The notes under the pieces were generated by a model. It saw nothing but the letters and a program-made list of their open reading frames with translations. It ran no database searches and was not told the DNA's origin. A stretch of 64,000 bases of DNA, from NCBI GenBank assembly GCA_964400145.1, contig CAYNTF010000002.1, positions 65,164 to 129,163 of the forward strand, written 5' to 3'. Positions within the stretch are counted from its first letter, which is position 1. The number at the start of each line of letters is the position of its first letter. Both the position numbers and the translations under genes were made by a program. The DNA is from an uncultured Lachnospiraceae bacterium (GTDB lineage: Bacteria > Bacillota > Clostridia > Christensenellales > UBA1242). Shown here in pieces: positions 47,288 through 59,088 of the stretch.

Positions 47288-49840
47288 ATGGCAGAAGAGA
47301 ATACAAGCAACCAAAATATCGAAAATATTGAAGGTTTGGACGCATTAAGCCGAACGCAATACAAACATCGTGCTTTTGAAAGCGACTCCACTTTAAACTT
47401 TTTTAGTGGACAAACTCTCACTTGCAAAACACAGAAAATCGAACTTTCCGAAAAACTTGGTGCGGGTGCATCGCAGAAGTTGATGACAAGTTCTTCTGAT
47501 GAAAACTTACTTCTTGCTGTTTCTCAAACAAATGGTAACGAAGAAAATTTGCTTGCATCTTTCATTCGAACAAATGAAAGCATCAAGATGCAACTGTCAG
47601 AAAGTTTTCTCCAGCGTGAAGATGTCAAAAAAGTTTTGCCTAAAAGCGAAAATGGTTTATATGAAATCACCAATCTTCAACTCTCCAAAGACGGAAACAT
47701 CAAAGATGTTCAAATCAAAGGTGCATCTCAAGATTTCTCAATCTTTTTCTCTGCTCTTGGCTTTCAAGCAAAAAGTTCCGAAGGAGCGTGCCTAGTTCGC
47801 AGTGGCGAAAACAACAGTTTCAACATCACCGTTGGGAAAGCTTTCATGGAAGAGGCAAACAAAGAGAACTCCAACTGCAAAATTGAAAATTCAACCGAAA
47901 GTCAAGTTCTTAAATCAGCAATATACATCGGACTTCTGAACGACGCCCAAAGGACGAATCCAAACCAAACAATCACAATCAATTTCCCGACCGACAAGCC
48001 GAAAGTTCAACTGCAAAGCATACCTTTCCAAATTGAACGAGGTGGACAAGTCCAAATGGAGCACTTGAACATTTTGCGCGAAAACGGTAAGTCATATTTA
48101 TATGTCCAAACCGCCAATATAAACGAAAAAGGTCAACCTGGACATCGAACTGTTCCTAATTTCAAACCAATTCACTCCATTGCGTTGATTAATGGAGCAC
48201 AAAATGATTTGTATGTTTGTTTTGACATCAACGAAGGCGGAAATAAGTCTGTCACCTTCAATGTCAAACTTCCAACCACAAATGACGAAAATGTCAAACA
48301 AAGCGTTAGCTCCTTATACAACAACTTCAAGACCGAGTTTGACACCCCATTACAAAGTGGCGGTGAAAAAAAATCTGATTTTAACCTTAGTGACGGAACA
48401 GCCCTTCCTGTCTATTCCATGAGCCAAGCGCAACAAACAATCGCCACATCTTTTGGCAACGATGTGATTGCAACAATGCGCAGAACAGCAGTGGAAAGAC
48501 CACTTGAAGCGCAAAACATAATTGAACCAGCGCCAGAACAAGAGTCCCCAAGTGCCGAAATCGTTGTGCCTAATCAAAACGAAGTGCAAAACACCCCACC
48601 ACAAACATTGGACGGTTTTGAATATTCCCTGCATGCTGGAGAGCAACCAGTGGAATTGGATAATATAAACAACATAACAAATAACAATAACATTAGTCCA
48701 TATGACACAAGTGTAATACAAGAAAATTGGGCATACTACACTCCAAGAAATGATGACCCTTTTGCGCAATCTCCATCCCAAGAGCAAACTCCCCAACCAA
48801 CCGAACAACCTGTGCAAGAGCAACCAATTCAAGAGCCAATTCAAGAGCCAAATTTGGAACATCCTGTTATGCAAGAAGAACAACCTGTGCAAAAGCGCCC
48901 TGCCCAACAACCTCAAAAAGCAAAAAAGGAGAGTAAGCGTTTTGGTCTTGGTGGCGAATGGTTTACAAACAAAACCCTTGCTGCACTTTTTGCATTGAGT
49001 GTTGTCATCTCCTGCCTTGTGCCATTTATGCAAATTGTTGCCATAGTGATTGGTTCTGTTATGATTGCCAAAGACTTAGGGCTCACAAAATGGCTTGCAG
49101 GCAAGGCTGAAAAGGGTCTTTCAGCGGCTTCCAACGCCGTGAGCAAAGGATTGGAATACGACAAAAATGCACAACTTGAATCACTGATTTCCCAAAGAAA
49201 AGAAAAAGTTGATCAATACAACAAAATGCAACAGCAAATCAATGATTATAACAATGGAAACATGATCGGCATGACTGCAAAAGACTTTAAAAAACTTCAA
49301 AACCAACAAACTTTGCTTAAAAGCGAAATCGAAGAATTGTGGACGAAAGAAGACATAGAAGCATACAAAATTTTGAAAAAAGAAGGTGGGCTTTCAAAGA
49401 AAGAAAAAGCCATCGACCAAGAAATAGAAGCATACAAAATTTTGAAAAGAGAAGGTGGGCTTTCAAAGGAAGAAGAAAAAGACATCGACCAAAAAATAGA
49501 CGCATACAAAATTTTGAAAAGAGAAGGTGGGCTTTCAATTGACAATCTGAAAAAAACTTCCAAATATTCATATAACCATATCAATGCATACACCAACAGT
49601 GAAGGTTTCATCCGCGATCCGTCAACAGACACAAGACAAACCGAAAGCACCAGCCAAACCGATGATTTAAATCAGAATGGAAGTTCAACCACTCAAAATC
49701 AGACAACTTATCAATCTCAGCAATCTCAAAGTACTCAACAAGCAACCCAAGGAATCCAACCGACTTATCAAAATCAGACAACTCAACCGACAGCTTCAAC
49801 CACTCAAACACAAAATCCAACAAACAGCAGAGTTCTGTGA
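47288..49840 (+). CDS. Large orphan protein (850 aa): soluble N-domain, Pro/Gln-rich linker, one TM, coiled-coil, 3x repeat, Gln/Thr-rich tail
   Basis: GGAGG precedes the ATG at 47288. The TM is LAALFALSVVISCLVPFMQIVAIVIGSVMIA. The repeats read IEAYKILK(K/R)EGGLSK. No catalytic motif seen. Confidence 0.7.
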   Translation: MAEENTSNQNIENIEGLDALSRTQYKHRAFESDSTLNFFSGQTLTCKTQKIELSEKLGAGASQKLMTSSSDENLLLAVSQTNGNEENLLASFIRTNESIKMQLSESFLQREDVKKVLPKSENGLYEITNLQLSKDGNIKDVQIKGASQDFSIFFSALGFQAKSSEGACLVRSGENNSFNITVGKAFMEEANKENSNCKIENSTESQVLKSAIYIGLLNDAQRTNPNQTITINFPTDKPKVQLQSIPFQIERGGQVQMEHLNILRENGKSYLYVQTANINEKGQPGHRTVPNFKPIHSIALINGAQNDLYVCFDINEGGNKSVTFNVKLPTTNDENVKQSVSSLYNNFKTEFDTPLQSGGEKKSDFNLSDGTALPVYSMSQAQQTIATSFGNDVIATMRRTAVERPLEAQNIIEPAPEQESPSAEIVVPNQNEVQNTPPQTLDGFEYSLHAGEQPVELDNINNITNNNNISPYDTSVIQENWAYYTPRNDDPFAQSPSQEQTPQPTEQPVQEQPIQEPIQEPNLEHPVMQEEQPVQKRPAQQPQKAKKESKRFGLGGEWFTNKTLAALFALSVVISCLVPFMQIVAIVIGSVMIAKDLGLTKWLAGKAEKGLSAASNAVSKGLEYDKNAQLESLISQRKEKVDQYNKMQQQINDYNNGNMIGMTAKDFKKLQNQQTLLKSEIEELWTKEDIEAYKILKKEGGLSKKEKAIDQEIEAYKILKREGGLSKEEEKDIDQKIDAYKILKREGGLSIDNLKKTSKYSYNHINAYTNSEGFIRDPSTDTRQTESTSQTDDLNQNGSSTTQNQTTYQSQQSQSTQQATQGIQPTYQNQTTQPTASTTQTQNPTNSRVL
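49355..49538 (+). repeat. In-frame tandem repeat, three units of 69-72 nt
   Basis: Units start at 49355, 49424 and 49496 (atagaagcatacaaaattttgaaaa(a/g)agaaggtgggctttcaaag...). Confidence 0.85.
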
Positions 49841-49851
49841 GATAAAAATTG

Positions 49852-49880
49852 AAAAAAGGAGAGCAAATTCTCCTTTTTTA
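49852..49880 (+). terminator. Intrinsic terminator
   Basis: aaaaggaga-gcaaat-tctcctttttt. Confidence 0.75.
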
Positions 49881-49993
49881 TTATTTCTGAAAATAGATTT
49901 CAAAATTTACTTTGATTTTACAAATGATTTTTGTTTTTAATTTTATTTCAACTATGCTATAATATGTGAAAAAGTCAAATTTAAGGAGAAATT

Positions 49994-51088
49994 ATGAAAA
50001 TTGGAGTTGTTGGACTTCCAAATGTCGGCAAAAGTTCACTTTTTAACGCCATAACAGAAGCAGGTGCCGAGAGCGCAAACTATCCTTTTTGCACCATTGA
50101 ACCAAATGTCGGAATTGTCGATGTGCCTGACGAACGCTTGCAAGTTCTGGGCAAGATGTATAACACGCAAAAAATCACACCAGCAAGCATTGAATTTGTG
50201 GACATCGCAGGGCTTGTGGCTGGTGCAAGTCACGGCGAAGGTTTGGGCAACAAGTTTTTGAGCCACATTCGCGAATGCGACGCCATTGTGCATGTGGTGA
50301 GATGTTTTTCTAACGACAAAATCATCCATGTAAGCGGGTCAATAGACCCAAAGCGCGACATTGAAACCATTGAAATGGAACTTGCCCTTGCCGACCTTGA
50401 ACAAGTGACAAAGTTTTTGGATAAAAACGAAAAAATTGCGCGACAAAACAAAGATAAGTCGCTTTTGACAACCGTTGCCATGCTCTCTCGAATTAAGGAA
50501 GCGTTGGAAATCGGAAAACAAGCAAGAACGCTTGACTTCTCCGAAGATGAACAGAAACTTCTCAAAAATTTTGCTCTTCTCACTGCAAAACCTGTCATCT
50601 ATGTTGCAAACATTTCCGAAGATGAAATCTCTGCGCCCGACAATGAATTTGTTAAAGCCGTCAAAAACATTGCCATTCAAGAAAACTCTAAAGTCGTTGT
50701 GCTTTGCGCAAAAATTGAAGAAGAACTTGTTGGTTTGGAAAAAGATGAACGCGAACTTTTCAAACAAGAACTTGGCATTTCAACAAGCGGACTTGAAAAA
50801 CTTGTGGTGGCAAGTTATGACCTTTTGGGACTTCAAAGTTATCTCACCGCCGGCGAAAAAGAAGTCCGCGCATGGACAATCTCAAAAGGCACAAAAGCAC
50901 CCCAAGCGGCAGGAAAAATTCACTCTGATTTTGAAAAGGGATTTATAAAAGCAGAAGTGGTGTCATACGCCGACTTGGTGGAAGCAGGAAGTTTTTTGAA
51001 AGCGAAAGAGAAAGGAAAAGTTCGAATGGAAGGCAAAGACTATGTTGTTCAAGACGGAGATGTCATGCTTTTTAGATTTAATAATTAA
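49994..51088 (+). CDS. ychF: Ribosome-binding ATPase YchF
   Basis: [21 protein letters not shown]... plus the TGS-like C-terminus ...[14 protein letters not shown]. Confidence 0.95.
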   Translation: MKIGVVGLPNVGKSSLFNAITEAGAESANYPFCTIEPNVGIVDVPDERLQVLGKMYNTQKITPASIEFVDIAGLVAGASHGEGLGNKFLSHIRECDAIVHVVRCFSNDKIIHVSGSIDPKRDIETIEMELALADLEQVTKFLDKNEKIARQNKDKSLLTTVAMLSRIKEALEIGKQARTLDFSEDEQKLLKNFALLTAKPVIYVANISEDEISAPDNEFVKAVKNIAIQENSKVVVLCAKIEEELVGLEKDERELFKQELGISTSGLEKLVVASYDLLGLQSYLTAGEKEVRAWTISKGTKAPQAAGKIHSDFEKGFIKAEVVSYADLVEAGSFLKAKEKGKVRMEGKDYVVQDGDVMLFRFNN

Positions 51089-51339
51089 GATATAAAATAA
51101 AAAAAATGTCGAAATAATAATATTAAAAAAAATAGAAAAATCTTTTTAGAAAAATATTTCAAGTGATAAGCGATAAAAACATATTAAGAAATAAAAAGTA
51201 AATAAAAACATCAAAAAATCAAAAATAAATTAAAAAATAAATTAAAAAACTCAAAAAAATTAAAAAAAATTGCAGTTTTTTGAGAAAAAATCATATTTTT
51301 TAACAAAATATATCTTTTTGAAAAAAATAAGGAGTGCCA

Positions 51340-51714
51340 ATGAGAAATGACTTATCCCCGCTTGCATGGGCATTTTTGGGAGATGCCATCCACACTGCAT
51401 ACATTCGAAAAGAAGTCCTTGATGGCGAGCGAAAACCATTGAACACATACAACAACCTTGCAAAAAAACATTGTAACGCAAGCGCCCAAGCAAACGCACT
51501 TGACAATTTGCAATCAATTTTGACGGACGAAGAAAAAGATGTCGTGCGCAAAACGCGAAACACTCACAACAAACATGGTGCAAAAAATTTTGATGAAGAA
51601 ACATACAAAAAAGCCACCTCTTTTGAGGCTCTGATTGGCTGGTTGTATTTAAACAACAAGACCGACAGATTGGAAGAAATATTGGAAAAATCAATGAAAA
51701 TCACAGAAAATTAA
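51340..51714 (+). CDS. mrnC: Mini-ribonuclease III
   Basis: MRNDLSPLAWAFLGDAIHTAYIRKEVL...ATSFEALIGWLYL. AAGGAG precedes the ATG at 51340. Confidence 0.85.
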   Translation: MRNDLSPLAWAFLGDAIHTAYIRKEVLDGERKPLNTYNNLAKKHCNASAQANALDNLQSILTDEEKDVVRKTRNTHNKHGAKNFDEETYKKATSFEALIGWLYLNNKTDRLEEILEKSMKITEN

Positions 51715-51742
51715 CAAAAAAATCAAATTTTTGGGGGAAATT

Positions 51743-52468
51743 ATGCAAATTGAAGGGAAAAATCAAGTGATTGAAGCAATCAAAAACGATGTTACAATCA
51801 ACAAAATTATGATCGACAAAAATTATGCTTCTCGGAAAGACGATGTCATAAACCTATCTCGAAAAAACAAAATTAAAGTGGAATTTTTGCCTAAAAAAAC
51901 TCTTGACACAAAATCAGTGACTGGTCATCATCAGGGCTATATCGCCGAAACCATTGACTTTCAATATTGCGCAGTCGAAGATATTCTTGGCAAAGCAAAG
52001 GAAGAAAATCGACCACCTTTTGTGGTGCTTTTGGACGGCATTGAAGACCCGCACAACCTTGGTGCAATCATAAGAACTTGCGAATGTGCTGGCGTGGACG
52101 GAATTATCATCCCAAAAATGCACGCTTGCCAAGTGAACGAAACAGTTGTGCGCACAAGCGCTGGCGCAGTCGCCCATATGAAAATCGCCCGCGTTAGCAA
52201 CTTGAAAAATGCCATTGACACACTGAAAGAAAATGGACTTTGGATATACGCCTGCGAACTTGGCGGAAAAGACATATATTCACAAAATCTCACAGGCCCG
52301 ATTGGAATTGTGATTGGTTCAGAAGGCAAAGGCACAAAGCAATCACTGCTCTCATATTGCGACGATGTCATCACCCTGCCAATGCACGGCTCAGTCAATT
52401 CGCTCAACGCCAGCGTCAGCGCCGGCATCTGTATTTATGAAATTTTGCGACAAAGAAGTAAATTATAA
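51743..52468 (+). CDS. rlmB: SpoU/TrmH-family 23S rRNA 2'-O-methyltransferase (RlmB/YacO-like)
   Basis: LDGIEDPHNLGAIIRT, IGSEGKG and SLNASVSAGICIYE. Follows mrnC as in Bacillus. Confidence 0.85.
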   Translation: MQIEGKNQVIEAIKNDVTINKIMIDKNYASRKDDVINLSRKNKIKVEFLPKKTLDTKSVTGHHQGYIAETIDFQYCAVEDILGKAKEENRPPFVVLLDGIEDPHNLGAIIRTCECAGVDGIIIPKMHACQVNETVVRTSAGAVAHMKIARVSNLKNAIDTLKENGLWIYACELGGKDIYSQNLTGPIGIVIGSEGKGTKQSLLSYCDDVITLPMHGSVNSLNASVSAGICIYEILRQRSKL

Positions 52469-52633
52469 AAACATTAATTATAAAAACATTAATTCTTTTT
52501 TGATTTAAAATGTTTCATAAGAAATGCATATTCTTTTGAATTTTCTTTGATGTCATATACCCTCGTTGTTTCATCATCAAAAGTAACAAAAGACTTACAA
52601 AGTTTCTGCTATAACTCCTTATATTTTGCAAAA

Positions 52634-52662
52634 ATTATACATCATAAAGTGATGTATGTCAA
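52634..52662 (-). promoter_or_regulatory. Perfect divergent sigma-A promoter (TTGACA-17 nt-TATAAT) with no intact ORF behind it
   Basis: On the minus strand, TTGACA is at 52662-57 and TATAAT at 52639-34. AAGGAG at 52620-15 is followed by no usable start codon. Confidence 0.6.
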
Positions 52663-52687
52663 GTATTTTACATCATATTGTGATATA
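52638..52687. promoter_or_regulatory. Two operator-like palindromes TACATCA-N5-TGAT(G/A)TA
   Basis: Sites at 52638-56 (perfect) and 52669-87 (one mismatch), with centres 31 bp apart. They lie between the xre ATG and the divergent promoter. Confidence 0.6.
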
Positions 52688-52695
52688 TTTTAGTT

Positions 52696-52902
52696 ATGAA
52701 CTTAACTAAGTTTGTTGGAGAAAACTTAAAAGAAGCAAGAAAAATGAGTGGATACACCCAAAAACAAGTGGCTCAAATTTTTCATATGACCCAACAACAA
52801 TATAGCAGATTTGAAAACGGCATCTTTGAATTAAATTATCAGCAAATTGTTGATTTATGCAAATTGTTCAATATAACTCCAAACGATTTGTTTGATTTTT
52901 GA
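52696..52902 (+). CDS. XRE/Cro-family HTH regulator (68 aa)
   Basis: GENLKEARKMSGYTQKQVAQIFHMTQQQYSRFENG is a canonical HTH_3. There is no SD, and TGaTATATT ends 6 nt before the ATG, consistent with a leaderless start. Confidence 0.8.
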   Translation: MNLTKFVGENLKEARKMSGYTQKQVAQIFHMTQQQYSRFENGIFELNYQQIVDLCKLFNITPNDLFDF

Positions 52903-52967
52903 AAAAATATTAATATCTGTTTTACTTTAATGCAAATTTCTGATAAAATCTTTCTTAGGAGAAAAAT

Positions 52968-53582
52968 TTGGAAAAGAAAACCTATGAAAACATCACAGAT
53001 GAAGAGCTAATCAAACAAATGCAATCTGGCGATGAAAAGGCAGAAGAAGAATTGTTTTTTCGCTATAAAGATTTGGTGATGAAAATCGCCCGTGGTTATT
53101 ACATAGTTGGCGGCGAACTTGAAGACCTTATTCAAGAAGGTATGATTGGTTTCTATCGCGCACTGAAAGCGTATGACACAACTCGAAAAGATGCAAAATT
53201 CAAAACTTTTGCAATCACCTGCATCAAACACCAAATTCAAGCCGCAATCACAAAAGCAAATTCAAAACGAAATCAAACTCTTTCACGCGCGATATCTTTT
53301 CAATCTTTCAACGAAAATATTGATTCTGTGGAAGATTTTTTACCGCTGAATTTGATTGTCAGTGACAGCCCTGCCGACAAAATTATTGACAAGGAAAACT
53401 ATGAAAATTTGAAAATTTTAATTCGCAAAACGCTGTCCCAACTTGAATTTAATGTTCTGAAATTTTATCTTCAAGGATATTCCTATCGCGAAATGGCAAA
53501 AATTTTGAACATAACCGAAAAATCTATCGACAACTGCCTTTCTCGAATTAAAAGCAAGTTGAGAAAAAGTCTGAACTCTTAA
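52968..53582 (+). CDS. sigH: RNA polymerase sigma factor SigH (Spo0H-like)
   Basis: TTG start after AGGAG. DLIQEGMIGFYRALKAYD...FKTFAITCIKHQIQAAITKANSKRNQ matches the SigH-specific region. Region 4 is GYSYREMAKILNITEKSIDNCLSRIKSKL. Follows rlmB as in Bacillus/Clostridia. Confidence 0.8.
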   Translation: MEKKTYENITDEELIKQMQSGDEKAEEELFFRYKDLVMKIARGYYIVGGELEDLIQEGMIGFYRALKAYDTTRKDAKFKTFAITCIKHQIQAAITKANSKRNQTLSRAISFQSFNENIDSVEDFLPLNLIVSDSPADKIIDKENYENLKILIRKTLSQLEFNVLKFYLQGYSYREMAKILNITEKSIDNCLSRIKSKLRKSLNS

Positions 53583-53687
53583 TAACTTTTTTCGCATTTT
53601 GAAAAAATTTCCCCATCTGTCCACATTAACTTGACAAACTCTGCAAATTCTTCTAAAATGAAACTATATCATTTAAGGAGAATGCGC

Positions 53688-55361
53688 ATGAAAATCCCTG
53701 AACCTATAAATTTCATTGAAGAAGAAATCAACAAAGATTTAAGAAGTGGTGTGAGAAAATATGTTCAAACTCGCCACCCACCAGAACCAAGTGGCTATCT
53801 TCACATCGGACATGTTCGCAACATTGTTCTGAACTACGGCACTGCACTGCGTTACGGTGGCATTTGCAACTTGCGCTATGACGACACGAACCCAACAAAA
53901 GAAAGTCAAGAGTTTGTTGATGCCATTCAAAACGATGTGAAATGGTTGGGATATGAATGGCATGAAATTCACTACGCGACGGAATATTTCCAACAAAACT
54001 ATGAAATTGCCGTGAAACTTATCAAAGAAGGCAAAGCGTTTGTGTGCGACCTTTCGCCAGAAGAACTTTCAAAATCGCGCGGAAGTCTGACTGAACCCGG
54101 CGTGGAAAGTCCTTATCGCAATCGTTCTGTTGAAGAAAATTTACGCCTTTTTGAAGAAATGAAAGAAGGCAAATTTCCAGCAGGAAGCAGATGTCTTCGT
54201 GCAAAAATCGATATGGCAAGCCCAAACATGAACATGCGCGACCCTGTTCTGTATCGAATTCAATACATTCATCACCACCGAATTGGCGACAAGTGGAAGA
54301 TTTATCCTTCCTATGATTTTTCTCACCCGCTTGACGACTGTTTGGAAGGTGTGACCTTCTCCATTTGCGGACCAGAATTTGAAGACCACCGCCCGCTCTA
54401 TAATTGGGTGGTTGAAAACAGTGGACTCAAAAATAAATCTCGACAGATTGAATATCCAAATCTCTATATCAAAGGCACAATTTTGGGCAAAAGAAACATC
54501 AAAAAACTTGTCAACGAAGGCAAGGTGAATGGTTTTGATGACCCTCGCCTGTTCACTATTGCTGGGCTGAGAAGACGCGGAGTTTTGCCTGAAAGTTTGG
54601 TGAATTTTGTCTATGCTGCGGGATTAACCAAAGTCAACAACGCAGTTTTGGAACAAGGTTATTTGAACTATTTTATTCGCGAAACTCTCAACGCCAAAGC
54701 GCGACGCGTGATGTGCGTGCTTGACCCCGTGAAACTTGTCATAACAAACTATGGAAACGGCGAAGAAGAAATTTTGACGGAAGATTTTCCACAAATTGAA
54801 GGAAATAATGAAACTCACAAGCACTATTTTGCCAAAGAACTTTTTGTGGAAAGAAGCGACTTTCTTAAAAATCCAATTCCAAAATTCCATCGCTTGTTTG
54901 TCGGCAATGAAGTTCGACTTAAAGGCGCATACATCATCAAATGCACTGGTTTTGACGAAGATGAGAATGGCAATGTGACAACAATCTATGCCGAATATGA
55001 CCCAAGCACAAAAAGTGGAACAGAAGGTGCCAATCGCAAGGTCAAAGGGACGATTCATTGGATAAACCCAAAACACGCCCAAAAAGTGACTTGCAGGCTG
55101 TATGAGAACTTGATTATGGAAGAAGATGAAGAAGCGGTGGAAGGCAACGAAGCAGACACTGACGGCATAAAGATAAATCCAAACTCGCTTACTGAACTTA
55201 ACAGTTGCTATGTTGAAGATATAAAGTTCAACGAAAAAGAACGCTATCAGTTCGTGCGTAATGGCTATTTTGCGCTTGACCCAGACAGCACAAAGGAACA
55301 ACTCATCTTCAACCGCACAATAACCCTTAAAGACGGCTTCAAAATGCCAAAGGATATATAA
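53688..55361 (+). CDS. glnS: Glutamine--tRNA ligase
   Basis: RHPPEPSGYLHIGHVRNIVLNYG (HIGH) and a GlnRS-type C-terminal anticodon-binding barrel. AAGGAG precedes the ATG at 53688. Confidence 0.85.
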   Translation: MKIPEPINFIEEEINKDLRSGVRKYVQTRHPPEPSGYLHIGHVRNIVLNYGTALRYGGICNLRYDDTNPTKESQEFVDAIQNDVKWLGYEWHEIHYATEYFQQNYEIAVKLIKEGKAFVCDLSPEELSKSRGSLTEPGVESPYRNRSVEENLRLFEEMKEGKFPAGSRCLRAKIDMASPNMNMRDPVLYRIQYIHHHRIGDKWKIYPSYDFSHPLDDCLEGVTFSICGPEFEDHRPLYNWVVENSGLKNKSRQIEYPNLYIKGTILGKRNIKKLVNEGKVNGFDDPRLFTIAGLRRRGVLPESLVNFVYAAGLTKVNNAVLEQGYLNYFIRETLNAKARRVMCVLDPVKLVITNYGNGEEEILTEDFPQIEGNNETHKHYFAKELFVERSDFLKNPIPKFHRLFVGNEVRLKGAYIIKCTGFDEDENGNVTTIYAEYDPSTKSGTEGANRKVKGTIHWINPKHAQKVTCRLYENLIMEEDEEAVEGNEADTDGIKINPNSLTELNSCYVEDIKFNEKERYQFVRNGYFALDPDSTKEQLIFNRTITLKDGFKMPKDI

Positions 55362-55494
55362 TTTAAACCTTCAACTCACCTATAATTTCAATTTTCAACG
55401 CAAAGATGCACAAAGATGTGAGAATTTTTTTGATATTGCAAACATAATGGCTATTTTATTGGACTTTTTTGTGAAAATTGTTTAAAATATAAAT

Positions 55495-56232
55495 ATGTTT
55501 ATGTTAATCACAGTGATTTCACTGTTCGTTGCATGCATAATCTTGTCCGTGGGAATCTGTTTCGTCAACAAAAACAAATTCTCATATCTTTTTATGTTCA
55601 TGTTCGCTCTCATCGCATTGGTTTGCCTTGGAGTGACCTGCACCGCGTATAACAACTCTTTTTCAGGCTACTCCATTCTCTTGATTATAAGCGTTCTGCC
55701 AATCTTCCTGACTCTGTTTGGGCGTTATGAAGCAGATTTCAGCCTAAAAAAAGACATTAAGAATATAGAACAAGAAACAATCCAAAAAACACAAAAACCA
55801 GAAGAAATCAAATTTATCAAAACCTGCAACCTTTTGAAAGGGTTGGGCTTTTTTGTGTCCACAATCGCCCTTGCTTTTTGCGGATTATACCTTGGAAAAG
55901 AAACTTTCTTTGGCATGCTATTTGCCCTTGCTTTTGGATTGAGCGCAACCTTTCTTGAAATCGTTGTCAAAAAGGAATACAAAAAACATCGAAGCGAATT
56001 TTGGGGAATATTTTTGGACAGAATTTTCTATTATTTAAGCGTCGGACTGCTTATTTCATCAATTTTGCTTGTGCTTTTATACTCAATCAACCTAACCAGC
56101 ATTTTGTTTGTGCTGGGCTCTTTGATGTATATCGCATATATTGTCATTGAGCTGTTTGCGAAAAATTCCAAATTCAACCACCTGACCTATTTCGTGGCTA
56201 TGTTTCTGTTCTTTGCCACAGTTTTGTTTTAA
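55495..56232 (+). CDS. Polytopic membrane protein, unknown function
   Basis: 245 aa with about 7 hydrophobic helices. No motif recognised. Confidence 0.55.
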   Translation: MFMLITVISLFVACIILSVGICFVNKNKFSYLFMFMFALIALVCLGVTCTAYNNSFSGYSILLIISVLPIFLTLFGRYEADFSLKKDIKNIEQETIQKTQKPEEIKFIKTCNLLKGLGFFVSTIALAFCGLYLGKETFFGMLFALAFGLSATFLEIVVKKEYKKHRSEFWGIFLDRIFYYLSVGLLISSILLVLLYSINLTSILFVLGSLMYIAYIVIELFAKNSKFNHLTYFVAMFLFFATVLF

Positions 56233-56310
56233 AAAATCGACGCAAAAAACAAACAAAAAAAATTATCATGAAAATTCTGAGAGTAAATCTCGTTTTTTTT
56301 GCAAAAACTA

Positions 56311-56340
56311 TTGACAAACTGCATATAAAAGATTTATAAT
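56311..56340 (+). promoter_or_regulatory. Sigma-A promoter for tRNA-fMet (TTGACA-18 nt-TATAAT)
   Basis: TTGACA at 56311-16 and TATAAT at 56335-40. The tRNA starts at 56351. Confidence 0.7.
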
Positions 56341-56350
56341 GAAAGTGCAT

Positions 56351-56427
<77 letters not shown>

Positions 56428-56433
56428 AAGCGG

Positions 56434-56459
56434 AGTCAGACAAAGCGTCTGGCTTTTTT
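56434..56459 (+). terminator. Intrinsic terminator after tRNA-fMet (part of the repeat unit)
   Basis: agtcagac-aaagc-gtctggct followed by T6. Confidence 0.7.
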
Positions 56460-56467
56460 AATTTACA

Positions 56468-56579
<112 letters not shown>

Positions 56580-56594
56580 TCGCAACCAAAACGG

Positions 56595-56620
56595 AGTCAG
56601 ACAAAGCGTCTGGCTTTTTT
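56595..56620 (+). terminator. Intrinsic terminator (second copy)
   Basis: Identical hairpin plus T-run as at 56434-59. Confidence 0.7.
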
Positions 56621-56628
56621 AATTTACA

Positions 56629-56740
<112 letters not shown>

Positions 56741-56759
56741 TCGCAACCAAATTAAAAAA

Positions 56760-56799
56760 ATCGCTATACACTCGCAAAATCGAAAGTATGGCGATTTTT
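56760..56799 (+). terminator. Terminator-like hairpin after the last tRNA half-copy
   Basis: atcgctatac / gtatggcgat forms 10 bp (one G-U) with a 16-nt loop, followed by TTTT. Confidence 0.45.
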
Positions 56800-56965
56800 C
56801 ATTTTTTCAAAGTTTTTTAAAAAATTCTGTTTCTTATTCAAAATTTTTCTATCACCAAACTGTTTCTTGGTCAAATTCTGTTTCTTACTTATAAAATTGA
56901 CAATTCTTTTCGTCAAAATTAGAAAAAATTTGAGAAAAACACTTCCATATTTTTCATATATATGA

Positions 56966-59053
<2,088 letters not shown>

Positions 59054-59088
59054 TTTATGAAAATAAAACAAATTAAGGAAGATAAAAG

